Source: a virus
Taxonomy: Duplodnaviria; Caudoviricetes
Direction: 5' to 3' (one strand)
Virus record (IMG/VR): IMGVR_UViG_3300025980_000030
Location: 1 to 56,514 of that record
Length of the DNA: 56,514 nt
A program made the position numbers and the translations under genes. How positions within the stretch are numbered: position 1 is the stretch's first letter; each line of letters begins with the position of its first letter. Below are positions 25,199-34,147 of this stretch, one piece after another. Under the pieces are notes generated by a model. The model worked only from the letters and a program-made list of their open reading frames with translations. It had not been told where the DNA came from and did not search any database.

Positions 25199-25557
25199 GG
25201 CGGCACTCGCTGCGCGAGGCCCGCCGGTGGTACGCGAACCGGACGGCGAGGGCGTTCACCTACGCGGACCGCTTCGCCGTGCTGCGCGAGCGCAACCGCC
25301 CGGCGCCGCCGCCGTTCGAGCTGATGCCCGGCGAGCTGCGCGCGTTCCGCAGGGCCCGACGGACGCGCCGAACGCGCCGAGCCGTGATGCTGCTGCTCGA
25401 CGCGCTCGGCCTCGCTCTGGTCATCGTCTCGGCGTGGGTGGCGAGCCGTGCCCTAGGCTTCCTGACGGCGGGCGTAATCGCGCTGTGCGTGGCGGTCGTC
25501 GCCTCCCCGCCCGGCGGTTCTGCTCAGGTCGACGTCGAGGAAGTGGAGGGCGAGTGA
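25195..25557 (+). CDS. Membrane protein preceding the portal gene
   Basis: Basic N-terminus and two TM helices. Confidence 0.6.
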   Translation: MRRHSLREARRWYANRTARAFTYADRFAVLRERNRPAPPPFELMPGELRAFRRARRTRRTRRAVMLLLDALGLALVIVSAWVASRALGFLTAGVIALCVAVVASPPGGSAQVDVEEVEGE

Positions 25558-25718
25558 GCACAGTGCGAGTTGCAGGCGCCGCAGACATTCCACGTCTCAC
25601 GGCGGCAGCTCGTGCACGGGACGGCGCGCTCGCGCTGGTCACCGAGCGGCGACTCGGGGTGCTGAGCCTTCTCGAACGTGCGGATGGGCAGGTAGGCGAG
25701 CCGGGACATCGTGGTCAT
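25524..25718 (-). CDS. Small antisense Cys-rich protein
   Basis: RBS GAAGGGA; CTSC...CGACNSHC. Confidence 0.4.
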   Translation of the reverse strand: MTTMSRLAYLPIRTFEKAQHPESPLGDQRERAVPCTSCRRETWNVCGACNSHCAHSPSTSSTST

Positions 25719-25744
25719 GGTCTGATCCCTTCGGTGGAGGCGTG

Positions 25745-27184
25745 ATGTCGTTCGTAACTGCTATCGGACAGAGAGTGACCGGTTCCGTAGCCGCCAGGCG
25801 GATGATTGCCGCCGCACCGGTCGCCTTCGCCGCTGCCTCACGGGGCGGCCTGTTCTCGGCGCAGGGCAGTAGCGGCAACGTTGAGACGCAACTGCGTGCG
25901 ATGGGGCAGGTCGGCACGCTCTTCGCCATCGTCGACAAGCTCGCCACCGGCGTCGCCGCGGTCGACTGGAAGCTCTACCGCAAAGGCGCAACCGAGGACG
26001 ACCGGACCGAGGTGCAGACGCACCCCGCCTTGATGGTGCTCAACCGGCCGAACAGCTTCTACAACCGGCAGGAGCTATTCGAGGCGGGCCAGCAGCATCA
26101 AGACCTCACCGGCGAGATGTGGTGGATCATCGCCCGCAACCCGCGGGTGAACATGCCCATCGAGATCTGGCCCGTCCGCCCCGACAAAATGCAGCCGGTC
26201 ACCTCGGTCGAGAACTTCATCGACGGCTACGTCTACAGCTCGCCGGACGGCATCAAGGTGCCGCTGCGCCGCGACGAAGTGATCTTCATCCGTCGGCCCA
26301 ACCCCCTCGACCCCTACCGCGGCATGGGCCCGATCCAATCGGTGCTCGCCTACATCGACGCCGAGCACTACTCGGCGCAGTGGAACCGGAATTTCTTCCT
26401 CAACGGCGCCATTCCCGGCGGCATCATCGAGGTGGAGAACCGGCTCAGCGACCCCGAGTTCGACAAGATGTCGGCCCGGTGGCGCGAGCAACACCAGGGC
26501 ATCGCCAACGCGCACCGCGTCGCCATTCTCGAAAAGGCGAAGTGGGTCGACGTCAACTACACGAACAAGGATATGCAGTTCGTCGAGCTCTCCCGGCTCG
26601 CCGACGACAAGGTACGGCGCGCGTTCGGCTTCCCCAAGCCGATGCTCGGTGACACCGAGGACAGTAACCGCGCGGTCGCGCAGGCGGCCGAGTACGTCTT
26701 CGCCCGGTGGCTCATCGTCCCGCGGCTCGAACGGATCAAGGCAGCGCTCAACAACGAGTTCTTGCCGATGTTCCCCGGATCGGGCGGGCTTGAATTCAGC
26801 TACGAGTCGCCGGTACCCGAGGACGAAGAGGCCGAGAACGCCGAGCGCGACTCGAAGGTCGCCGCGGTCAAGATCTTGATCGACCTCGGATTCGAGCCCG
26901 CCGCGGTGCTCGAATGGGCCGACCTCCCGGCCCTGCCCTACTCCAAGCCCGCGCCACCGCCCACCCTTACCGGTCCTCCACCCGGCGACGGCGGCGACGG
27001 TGGCGCGGGCTTGGACCCGAACGCCCCGCCGCCGGACGGCGAGGACATGGGCCAGGCTGCCGCGCGGCTGGCCCGGTTCGTCGCTGCCGCCCCGTCCGGC
27101 CAGGCGCGTGAGCAGCGCCTCGACGCGCTGCGCGAGATCGCAGCGATGGCCGACGACGCCCGGGCGGCGGCACTGCCGTGGTAG
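25745..27184 (+). CDS. Portal protein (HK97 family)
   Basis: HPAL..LNRPN, LTGE.WW, GMGPI, FFLNGAIPGGII, DMQFVEL. Confidence 0.95.
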   Translation: MSFVTAIGQRVTGSVAARRMIAAAPVAFAAASRGGLFSAQGSSGNVETQLRAMGQVGTLFAIVDKLATGVAAVDWKLYRKGATEDDRTEVQTHPALMVLNRPNSFYNRQELFEAGQQHQDLTGEMWWIIARNPRVNMPIEIWPVRPDKMQPVTSVENFIDGYVYSSPDGIKVPLRRDEVIFIRRPNPLDPYRGMGPIQSVLAYIDAEHYSAQWNRNFFLNGAIPGGIIEVENRLSDPEFDKMSARWREQHQGIANAHRVAILEKAKWVDVNYTNKDMQFVELSRLADDKVRRAFGFPKPMLGDTEDSNRAVAQAAEYVFARWLIVPRLERIKAALNNEFLPMFPGSGGLEFSYESPVPEDEEAENAERDSKVAAVKILIDLGFEPAAVLEWADLPALPYSKPAPPPTLTGPPPGDGGDGGAGLDPNAPPPDGEDMGQAAARLARFVAAAPSGQAREQRLDALREIAAMADDARAAALPW

Positions 27185-28026
27185 GCACCGCCCCCCTGCC
27201 CCCGGCACCGCCGGACGGCATCCGGCCCGAGCTCCCAGACGACGCCGAGCCCGCCGACTTACAAGCCGTACAGGACTCGTACGAGGCCAAGCTCGCCGAC
27301 CTGCTCACCCGGTGGCCCTCGCTCGCTGGCGCGCAGGTGACCGCCATCCTTGACCAGATCGAGGGCCACGTCGGCGCGGGGGACGTGGCCGGTCTGCTCA
27401 GCGTCGCCGTGAGCTCGACCGAGGCCGCCGCGGTGCTTGAACAGGCGATGCTCGACCTCGGCAACGAGGCGGGCGCTCAGGTGGTGGCTGAGGCGGTCAA
27501 GCAGGGGCTCAGCGAGAACGACCTGCACGCCACGCCGCCTGAGCGCCTGCGGACGGCGCAGAGCGCGCAGGTCTACGCCGGGCAGCTCGCGGCCTTCCTC
27601 GTCGGCTCGGCCATCGGCGAGACGATGCGCGTGTGGCTGCGGGGCCGCACGCCCCGCGATGTCCGGGGCGACGTAGCCGCGCACCTCGACGGCCTCACCA
27701 CGGCCTACCCCGAGCTCGTGCTCAGCGGAGCGCTCACGCAGGCGCAGCACGACGGCCGGTGGCGGACGATGCTCGGCGGCCCCGAGGCCGCGCTCTACGC
27801 CGACGAGGTGCTCGACAAGAACACCTGTGGGCCTTGCCGCGACGTCAACCGGAAGTGGATCGGCAACGCGAGCGACACCTCGCCCTCGCTCGCCTACCCC
27901 GTGGCGGGCTACGTGGGCTGCCTCGGCCGGTGGCGCTGCCGCGGGCAGGTGGTTGCCGTGTGGCGCGGCGGCGACAACTGGCGCGAGTGGGTCGAGCTGC
28001 CCGCGCAGCGGACATCGCCCGAATGA
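27178..28026 (+). CDS. MuF-like head morphogenesis / minor capsid protein
   Basis: LDKNTCGPC and CLGRWRCRG motifs; position after the portal gene. Confidence 0.7.
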   Translation: MVGTAPLPPAPPDGIRPELPDDAEPADLQAVQDSYEAKLADLLTRWPSLAGAQVTAILDQIEGHVGAGDVAGLLSVAVSSTEAAAVLEQAMLDLGNEAGAQVVAEAVKQGLSENDLHATPPERLRTAQSAQVYAGQLAAFLVGSAIGETMRVWLRGRTPRDVRGDVAAHLDGLTTAYPELVLSGALTQAQHDGRWRTMLGGPEAALYADEVLDKNTCGPCRDVNRKWIGNASDTSPSLAYPVAGYVGCLGRWRCRGQVVAVWRGGDNWREWVELPAQRTSPE

Positions 28027-28114
28027 GCTAACAATACTCAAGCCGGTTCAGCATCTACCGATAACCACTCCGTCGGCGACGGACCCCCCGCCGCCAGGAC
28101 GGAGAGGATCCCCA

Positions 28115-28795
28115 GTGAGCATCAAGAGGTACGCCGGTCTCATCGCCGTCACGGCGATGGCCGGTCTCAGTGTGTTGACCGCCGGACGGGCCGATGCGAC
28201 CGTCGCCCCCACTCCGCCCCCGGTGGTGGCCCCCGCGCAGCTCACGATCTCGGGACCGACGACACCGATCAAGGTCAGGGTTCCTGGAACCACATCGGCC
28301 GCATGGCTCCAGACGACGATCGGCGCCACGCGGCTCGGTGTCCGCGGCGGTTACGCCGTAGCGACCCTGCCCTCGACGTCCATCCGGCTCGGCGAGTCCG
28401 CGCTCGAACTTGATCAGCGAGACGGGCGCGTGGTCCGGATCCTGGTCACGGCCAAGCGGACGAGTCGCGTCTCGGCACCGATGGTGGCCCCCGGCCCCCT
28501 CACCGGCGCCAGGATCTCGGGTATCGCCTCCCACTACGACCCTCGGACTGGCGGGTACGTCGGTGACTCGCTGTCCCCCGTGATGGTGCAGAAGTGGCAG
28601 GCAGGTCGATGGACCACGCTCCGGACGGCCACGACCGCTCGCAGCGGCGGGTTCACGGTGAACCTGGCGCTGGCCCCGGGCGGACACGTGCTCCGGCTGG
28701 TCCGACCGGTCGGAGCGACCGTGACGGGCGGCACCGGCGTGACCGCGGCGATCGTCGTCCCGACCCTCGGCGGCAGCGCGGCCTACGGCTACTGA
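28115..28795 (+). CDS. Secreted hypothetical protein (moron-like)
   Basis: RBS GGAGAGG; signal peptide ending ADA; beta-rich C-terminus with W..LRT.TT...G.F. Confidence 0.65.
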   Translation: MSIKRYAGLIAVTAMAGLSVLTAGRADATVAPTPPPVVAPAQLTISGPTTPIKVRVPGTTSAAWLQTTIGATRLGVRGGYAVATLPSTSIRLGESALELDQRDGRVVRILVTAKRTSRVSAPMVAPGPLTGARISGIASHYDPRTGGYVGDSLSPVMVQKWQAGRWTTLRTATTARSGGFTVNLALAPGGHVLRLVRPVGATVTGGTGVTAAIVVPTLGGSAAYGY

Positions 28796-28809
28796 CCGCG
28801 AGAGCCCGA

Positions 28810-28861
28810 GCAGCACGAGAGCCCGGCACCCCACGGACGGGGTGCCGGGCTCTCGTGCTGC
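28810..28861. terminator. Bidirectional terminator
   Basis: 23-bp perfect inverted repeat between convergent genes. Confidence 0.85.
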
Positions 28862-28866
28862 CCAGA

Positions 28867-29430
28867 TCAGCTCGCGGGCGACAGCTTGGCGTTGATCACC
28901 CATACGGTGACCGTCACACTCTGCCCGGCCGGGATGGTGCCGACGGCCGAGACCGAGAACGAGCGCGACGCCGCACCGGCGGCAGGGAGCGGCGAGGCAT
29001 GCACGTCCACGCCGGTCACACCGACGGGCAGGTCGGTGAAGGTGAAGCCGGACGTCTCGGGCGCGCCCTTGACGTAACCGGGCAGGCCGTTCACCACGAC
29101 GGTGCCGCTCGCGTCGGCGGGCGTGAGCTTGATGCTCGCCTGCTTGATGACGACCGGGCTCTCGGCGGCGGCGGGCAGCTCGATGCCGAACGCATCTTTC
29201 AGGCTGACCGGACCCCGCCACGGGTCAGGGCACTTGTGTGTCGCGGCGACCAGCCACAACGAGCGCGGCTCGCCGGTGCCCTGCTTGAGGCACAGACCGC
29301 GCTCGGTGGTCGACAGGACCGGACCCGAGGCGTTGGCGACGTTCGCGGCGAGCAGCCCGGCGGCGGCGACGAAGACGGCCACTAGAGACGCGAGACCGAC
29401 GCGCGCCCGGGGGGTGAGCCTGCGGAACAT
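28867..29430 (-). CDS. Secreted hypothetical protein (moron-like, antisense to the head operon)
   Basis: RBS GAAGGA; signal peptide ending ANA; paired Cys. Confidence 0.7.
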   Translation of the reverse strand: MFRRLTPRARVGLASLVAVFVAAAGLLAANVANASGPVLSTTERGLCLKQGTGEPRSLWLVAATHKCPDPWRGPVSLKDAFGIELPAAAESPVVIKQASIKLTPADASGTVVVNGLPGYVKGAPETSGFTFTDLPVGVTGVDVHASPLPAAGAASRSFSVSAVGTIPAGQSVTVTVWVINAKLSPAS

Positions 29431-29588
29431 GGTGATCCTTCCGATGGGGAGCAATGCGGCCCGATCCTAATCGCCTCAGGATGCCAGCGCGTCCAAACGC
29501 GCTGCTACCCTGCGAGGCAATGGGAGTGGAGGCCCGGAGCAAGCAAGGCGCAACAGCTCTTGGTCAAGCCTCTCGAAGGGTGTCCGAC

Positions 29589-31172
29589 ATGGGTAATCGT
29601 GGGCGGCGCGTCCGCAACGCGGCCTCTGCCGTTGACACCGTGCCGACCGACGGACGTCCGCCCGTCGTCGCCCGGTCGCTCGACCGGATGCGCTCCCGGT
29701 TCCGGGACCTTCGTCCGTCCGACCAGCAGGCGCCCGAGCCCGTCCGGTTCTGGGACATCAAGGCCGCCGCCACCCCGGACGCTGCTGATGAGCTGTGGAT
29801 CTACGATCAGATCGGTTTCATCGACTGGTGGACCGGCGAGGGTGTCACCGCGCAAACGTTCTCGAAGGATCTCTCCAAGCTCAAGGCGAAGAACCTCACG
29901 TTGCGCGTGAACAGCCCCGGCGGCGACGTCTTCGACGGCCTCGCGATCAAGAACATGATCGCCTCGCACGCCCGCGACAAGGGCGTCAAGGTCACGGCCC
30001 GCGTGGACGCGCTCGCGGCGAGCATCGCCTCGGTCATCATCCAGGCCGCCGACGAGGTGGTCGTCGAGCCGCACTCGCAGATCATGATTCACGACGCCTC
30101 GGGCTTCGCGATGGGCAACGCCGCCGAGATGCGCGACATGGCCGACCTGCTCGACATGATCTCGCAGAACATCGCGCAGGTGTACGCCGATGCCGCGGGC
30201 GGCAGTGCCGACGAGTGGCGCAAGACCATGAAGGGCGAGAAGTGGTACACCGCTGCCGAAGCGGTCGACGCCGGTCTCGCCGACGTGATGGGCGCCGCGG
30301 GCCCGAAGCGCAGGACAAAGTGCAGCGCGTGCGACGGCTCGGGGGCAGTCGACGGCGTCGACTGCCCCGACTGCAACGGCACCGGCAGGGTTAAGCCCGC
30401 GGACGCCACGTGCACCACGTGCGACGGCACCGGCAAGAGCGACGGCAAGACCTGCCCGGACTGCGGCGGCACCGGCCAGATGGGCGACAGTACGGCCGAG
30501 GACGCCCGTCCCCTGCGGGTGGCCGCCCGGTGGTGCGCCCGCCTCTTCCCGGGCCACGAGCAGCCCTTCAAGAACGCCCTCGCGGACATCCCGGCCGAGA
30601 CCGAGGTCGACGATGACGACGAGCCCGGGGGCGACCCGCAGGACGCCCCCACGGACCCGGTGCTACCCGACCCGGCGGCGTTCGAGTGGGACGCCTCGGC
30701 CTTGACCGGCGCTGTGCAGGCGGCGACCGCGCCCCCGCAGATCGACCTAGGCGACTGGCGGTCGTGCTTCTCCGAGGCCCCCGCCATGCCCGAGCCTGAG
30801 CGCGGCCTGCCGGTCAACCTCGGTCCGGCTCCCGCCCGGCCCACCCCAGTCGCCGACCCGGCCCGCGCCCCGCTGGCCGTGGGCGTCGACCTCGGCGACT
30901 GGCGGAACGCCTTCGCCGACATGCCCGAGCTCGTCGCCCCGGCCGCCCCCGGCCCGGTCGACCTCGGTCCCGCACCGGCCCGCCCGGCGCCCGACCCCGC
31001 ACCCGTCCGCAACCCTCTCGCTGAGGCCATCGCGGCGGCCGTGGACATCACGGCGAAGACGCAGCCCGAGCCGGACGCCCCCGCGGCGGCCGAGCCCGAG
31101 CTGCCCGAGGTTCCCCCCATCCGACTGGACGTCGAGGACGTCCGGCGAGCAGTGAGAGAGGCGAGGTTTTGA
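29589..31172 (+). CDS. ClpP-type head maturation protease with DnaJ-like Zn-finger insert and scaffold-like tail
   Basis: VNSPGGDVFDG, AASIASVI, IMIHDA, EKWYTA.EAV; four CxxCxGxG. Confidence 0.9.
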   Translation: MGNRGRRVRNAASAVDTVPTDGRPPVVARSLDRMRSRFRDLRPSDQQAPEPVRFWDIKAAATPDAADELWIYDQIGFIDWWTGEGVTAQTFSKDLSKLKAKNLTLRVNSPGGDVFDGLAIKNMIASHARDKGVKVTARVDALAASIASVIIQAADEVVVEPHSQIMIHDASGFAMGNAAEMRDMADLLDMISQNIAQVYADAAGGSADEWRKTMKGEKWYTAAEAVDAGLADVMGAAGPKRRTKCSACDGSGAVDGVDCPDCNGTGRVKPADATCTTCDGTGKSDGKTCPDCGGTGQMGDSTAEDARPLRVAARWCARLFPGHEQPFKNALADIPAETEVDDDDEPGGDPQDAPTDPVLPDPAAFEWDASALTGAVQAATAPPQIDLGDWRSCFSEAPAMPEPERGLPVNLGPAPARPTPVADPARAPLAVGVDLGDWRNAFADMPELVAPAAPGPVDLGPAPARPAPDPAPVRNPLAEAIAAAVDITAKTQPEPDAPAAAEPELPEVPPIRLDVEDVRRAVREARF

Positions 31173-32539
31173 TGACCGATACCTTGGTCATTCCCACCTC
31201 GGCGAGCGAGCTCGAAGAGCTGCTCGCCGACGGCAAGCGCGTGCAGGACGTCATGAGCGCGGGCAAGTTCGGTGAGCTCGTGACCAACTACGCGCGCACC
31301 ACGTACGCCCGCGACATGGACATCAAGAAGCAGGTGCAGGAGCAGACTGCTCTCGCACTCGCCGAGTTCATGAAGTCGGCCAAGAACGAGGGCGACGTCG
31401 TGCGCCCGAACCTCACCGTGCCGCAGGTGTCCGCGCAGTACCGGCCCGGCAACGCCCGGAACGTCGCTGTCTACAACCCGAAGGCGATGGGCGCCGCCCT
31501 TGACAAGGACTTCTCGGACAGCGCGGACTACTTCCGCACGATCTGGCACAACGCGAACGCGACCGCGGACCGGCAGGCCCGGATCGGCCGCATCCGCAAC
31601 GCCTTCTCGTCGACCGTCCCGAGCGAGGGCGGCTTCCTCATCCCCGAGACGCTGCGCTCCGAGCTGCTCATGGTGGCGCTGGAAAACAGCGTTGTCCGGC
31701 AGCGTGCCCGGGTCATCCCGATGGAGACTCTGCGCGTCCCGTTCCCGGCCATCGACTCGACCTCGAACGCGTCCAGCGTGTTCGGCGGCATCGTGGGCTA
31801 CTGGACGGAAGAGGGCGCGGCCCTCACGGCGAGCGCGGCCAACTTCGGCCGGATCGTGCTCGACGCGAAGAAGCTCACCGCCTACACCGAGTTGCCAAAC
31901 GAGTTGATCGCCGACAGCGCGATCTCGTTCCAGGCGTTCATCGACCAGATGTTCCCCGAGGCCCTCGCGTGGTACGAGGACATCGCCTTCATGAAGGGGA
32001 CCGGCGTCGGCGAGCCACTCGGCTCCCTCAGCACCGTCAACCCGTCACTGATCACGGTCGCCAAGCAGACGGAACAGGCCGCGAGCACGATCGTGTGGGA
32101 GAACATCGTCAACATGTTCGCCCGGATGCTGCCGAGCTCGCTCGGCCGCGCCGTGTGGGTGTGCGGCATCGACACCTTCCCCGAGCTCGCGACGATGGCC
32201 CTGTCGGTCGGCACCGGCGGCTCGGCGATCTGGCTCAACAACGGCGTCACCGGCCCGCCGATGACGATCCTCGGTCGGCCCGTCGTCTTCACCGAGAAGA
32301 GCACGGCCGCGCTCGGTACGCAGGGAGACATTTCGTTCGTCGACTTCAGCTATTACCTGATCGGCGACCGGCAGGTCATGAGCGCGAGCAGCTCCCCGCA
32401 CTACAAGTTCGCGAATGATCAGACTGCCTATCGCATCATCGAGCGGGTGGACGGTCGGCCGTGGCTCCAGTCGGCCATCACCCCCCAGAACAGCGGCAAC
32501 ACACTGTCGCCGTTCGTGCAGCTCGCGACCCGTAGCTGA
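31172..32539 (+). CDS. Major capsid protein (HK97 fold)
   Basis: EGGFLIPE, WTEEG, ELIADS, GTGVGEPLG, TILGRPV, GDISFVDFSYYLIGDR. Confidence 0.95.
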   Translation: MTDTLVIPTSASELEELLADGKRVQDVMSAGKFGELVTNYARTTYARDMDIKKQVQEQTALALAEFMKSAKNEGDVVRPNLTVPQVSAQYRPGNARNVAVYNPKAMGAALDKDFSDSADYFRTIWHNANATADRQARIGRIRNAFSSTVPSEGGFLIPETLRSELLMVALENSVVRQRARVIPMETLRVPFPAIDSTSNASSVFGGIVGYWTEEGAALTASAANFGRIVLDAKKLTAYTELPNELIADSAISFQAFIDQMFPEALAWYEDIAFMKGTGVGEPLGSLSTVNPSLITVAKQTEQAASTIVWENIVNMFARMLPSSLGRAVWVCGIDTFPELATMALSVGTGGSAIWLNNGVTGPPMTILGRPVVFTEKSTAALGTQGDISFVDFSYYLIGDRQVMSASSSPHYKFANDQTAYRIIERVDGRPWLQSAITPQNSGNTLSPFVQLATRS

Positions 32540-32638
32540 CCGGCCGGTCGGCGCGATCGGCCCGGGTCGGGCACTCGACCCCCCGACCCCGGGCCATGAG
32601 CGGCAGGCATTGAAACCCCTGCCAAGGAAGGAAGGACG

Positions 32639-33070
32639 ATGGAGGCCCTCGGCCACACCATCAACGCTCAGTACCTCATGGATGGCCGCTATGTCAGTCT
32701 CAAGGACTGCCAGTCGGTGGCGTTCCTGTGCTACCTCACCGGCGCGGCGGGTGACACGTACACCCTCGTCGAGGCGCAGGACGCCTCGGGCTCCGGTGCG
32801 CAGAACCTCGCGACGATCACGCGCTACCACACCAACACCGGCAACGGCTCGGACGCCTGGACCCTGCGCACGCAGGCCGCGGCGGCGACGGTCACCACGG
32901 CCGCAGCGGCGACGCAGAACTGCATGTGGTTCGAGGTCGACGGCGCCGAGCTGTCGGACGGCTTCGACTACGTCAAGGTCACCTCGACCGGCGCCGGGAT
33001 CGTCATCGCCGTGCAGCACGGCCTCGACGCGCAGCGCAAGCCGAGCAACCTGACCGCGATCGGGGTCTGA
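32639..33070 (+). CDS. Probable virion head-associated protein
   Basis: RBS AGGAAGG; directly after the capsid gene. Confidence 0.7.
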   Translation: MEALGHTINAQYLMDGRYVSLKDCQSVAFLCYLTGAAGDTYTLVEAQDASGSGAQNLATITRYHTNTGNGSDAWTLRTQAAAATVTTAAAATQNCMWFEVDGAELSDGFDYVKVTSTGAGIVIAVQHGLDAQRKPSNLTAIGV

Positions 33071-33071
33071 C

Positions 33072-33533
33072 ATGAGCGTCTACATCGACCCCGCGGGAAT
33101 GCGGGCGATCGGCTTCGGGATCAGGGTCGCCAAGGCGGCCTTCACCCTGCCCGCCACCACCACGGGCGGTCTGTTCACGGTCTCGGGCGGCCGGATCATC
33201 CTCACCTCGATCATCGGCGAGGTGACCACTCAGGTGCAGGCGCAGGCGAACGCAATCAACCTGGTAGCGACCCCTACCACGGGGACAGTCAACGATCTGT
33301 CGGCAACGGTGGAGAGCAACGGCGCCATCGTCGGGACGCTACTCGGGATTACCGGGCTCGCGGCCGACGCGATGGTTAAGAGCACCGGGGGTGGGATCAG
33401 CAACCTGCGCAACCCGGTTGTCGTGGCGATCGGGACGATCGGCCTCAAGACGGCCGCGACGAACACGGGCGCGACGAAGTGGGTCATGACCTACATCCCG
33501 CTCGACGACGCCGCCACCGTGGCGGCGGTCTGA
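33072..33533 (+). CDS. Probable virion (decoration-like) protein
   Basis: Beta-rich Thr/Ala/Gly protein in the head cluster. Confidence 0.7.
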   Translation: MSVYIDPAGMRAIGFGIRVAKAAFTLPATTTGGLFTVSGGRIILTSIIGEVTTQVQAQANAINLVATPTTGTVNDLSATVESNGAIVGTLLGITGLAADAMVKSTGGGISNLRNPVVVAIGTIGLKTAATNTGATKWVMTYIPLDDAATVAAV

Positions 33534-33535
33534 TC

Positions 33536-33973
33536 ATGACCCTGTGGATGTGCCTCGGGTGCTCGGCGGCCTATGCCGTCGGGCTCCCGGGGTGCCCGCA
33601 GTGCGGGTCATCCGACGCAGTAGAGGAAGGCACGATGCCGAAGATCAGCAAGGCGAACGGCCCGACCTACGGCGAGCAGGATCCGGCCCACGCCGTGGTC
33701 GAGCCTGCCGAGCAGGTGGCCGACGAGACTCCCGCGGCCGAGGCGTCGCCCGCGGGCGAGACCGGGACCGGCCCGGCGCCGGACTCCCCGGGAGCTCCCG
33801 CGACCGGTGAGGGCGCCGCCAAGGGCGACGCCGGGCTGGTCCCGGGCGAGGGTCCGGAACAGGGGCAGGGCGGCGCCACGGACAGCGCCAGCGAGCCGGA
33901 CGGCAAAGGCACGGACGACGAGCCCGCGACTCCCTCGAAGGCGTCCACGCGGCGCAGGACGGCCCGGGGCTGA
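33536..33973 (+). CDS. Hypothetical protein with N-terminal Zn ribbon
   Basis: CLGC...YAVG...CPQCGS, then MPKI and a low-complexity tail. Confidence 0.65.
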   Translation: MTLWMCLGCSAAYAVGLPGCPQCGSSDAVEEGTMPKISKANGPTYGEQDPAHAVVEPAEQVADETPAAEASPAGETGTGPAPDSPGAPATGEGAAKGDAGLVPGEGPEQGQGGATDSASEPDGKGTDDEPATPSKASTRRRTARG

Positions 33974-33976
33974 CCG

Positions 33977-34147
33977 ATGTCCTGGGAGCAGCTCATCTCG
34001 ATCATCAGGGATAGCGACGACGAGGCCCGCACCGACGCCTCGACGCCGCCCGTCGCCTGCCCGAACGACGGCGAGCCGCTGTCGTCGGGGCCGCGCGGTG
34101 AGCTGTTCTGCCGGTTCGACGGCTGGCGCTATGAAGGGATCAAGTGA
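33977..34147 (+). CDS. Small hypothetical protein (not in the ORF track)
   Basis: MSWEQL...PPVACPNDGEPL...LFCRFDGW; TGATG-coupled to the next gene. Confidence 0.6.
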   Translation: MSWEQLISIIRDSDDEARTDASTPPVACPNDGEPLSSGPRGELFCRFDGWRYEGIK

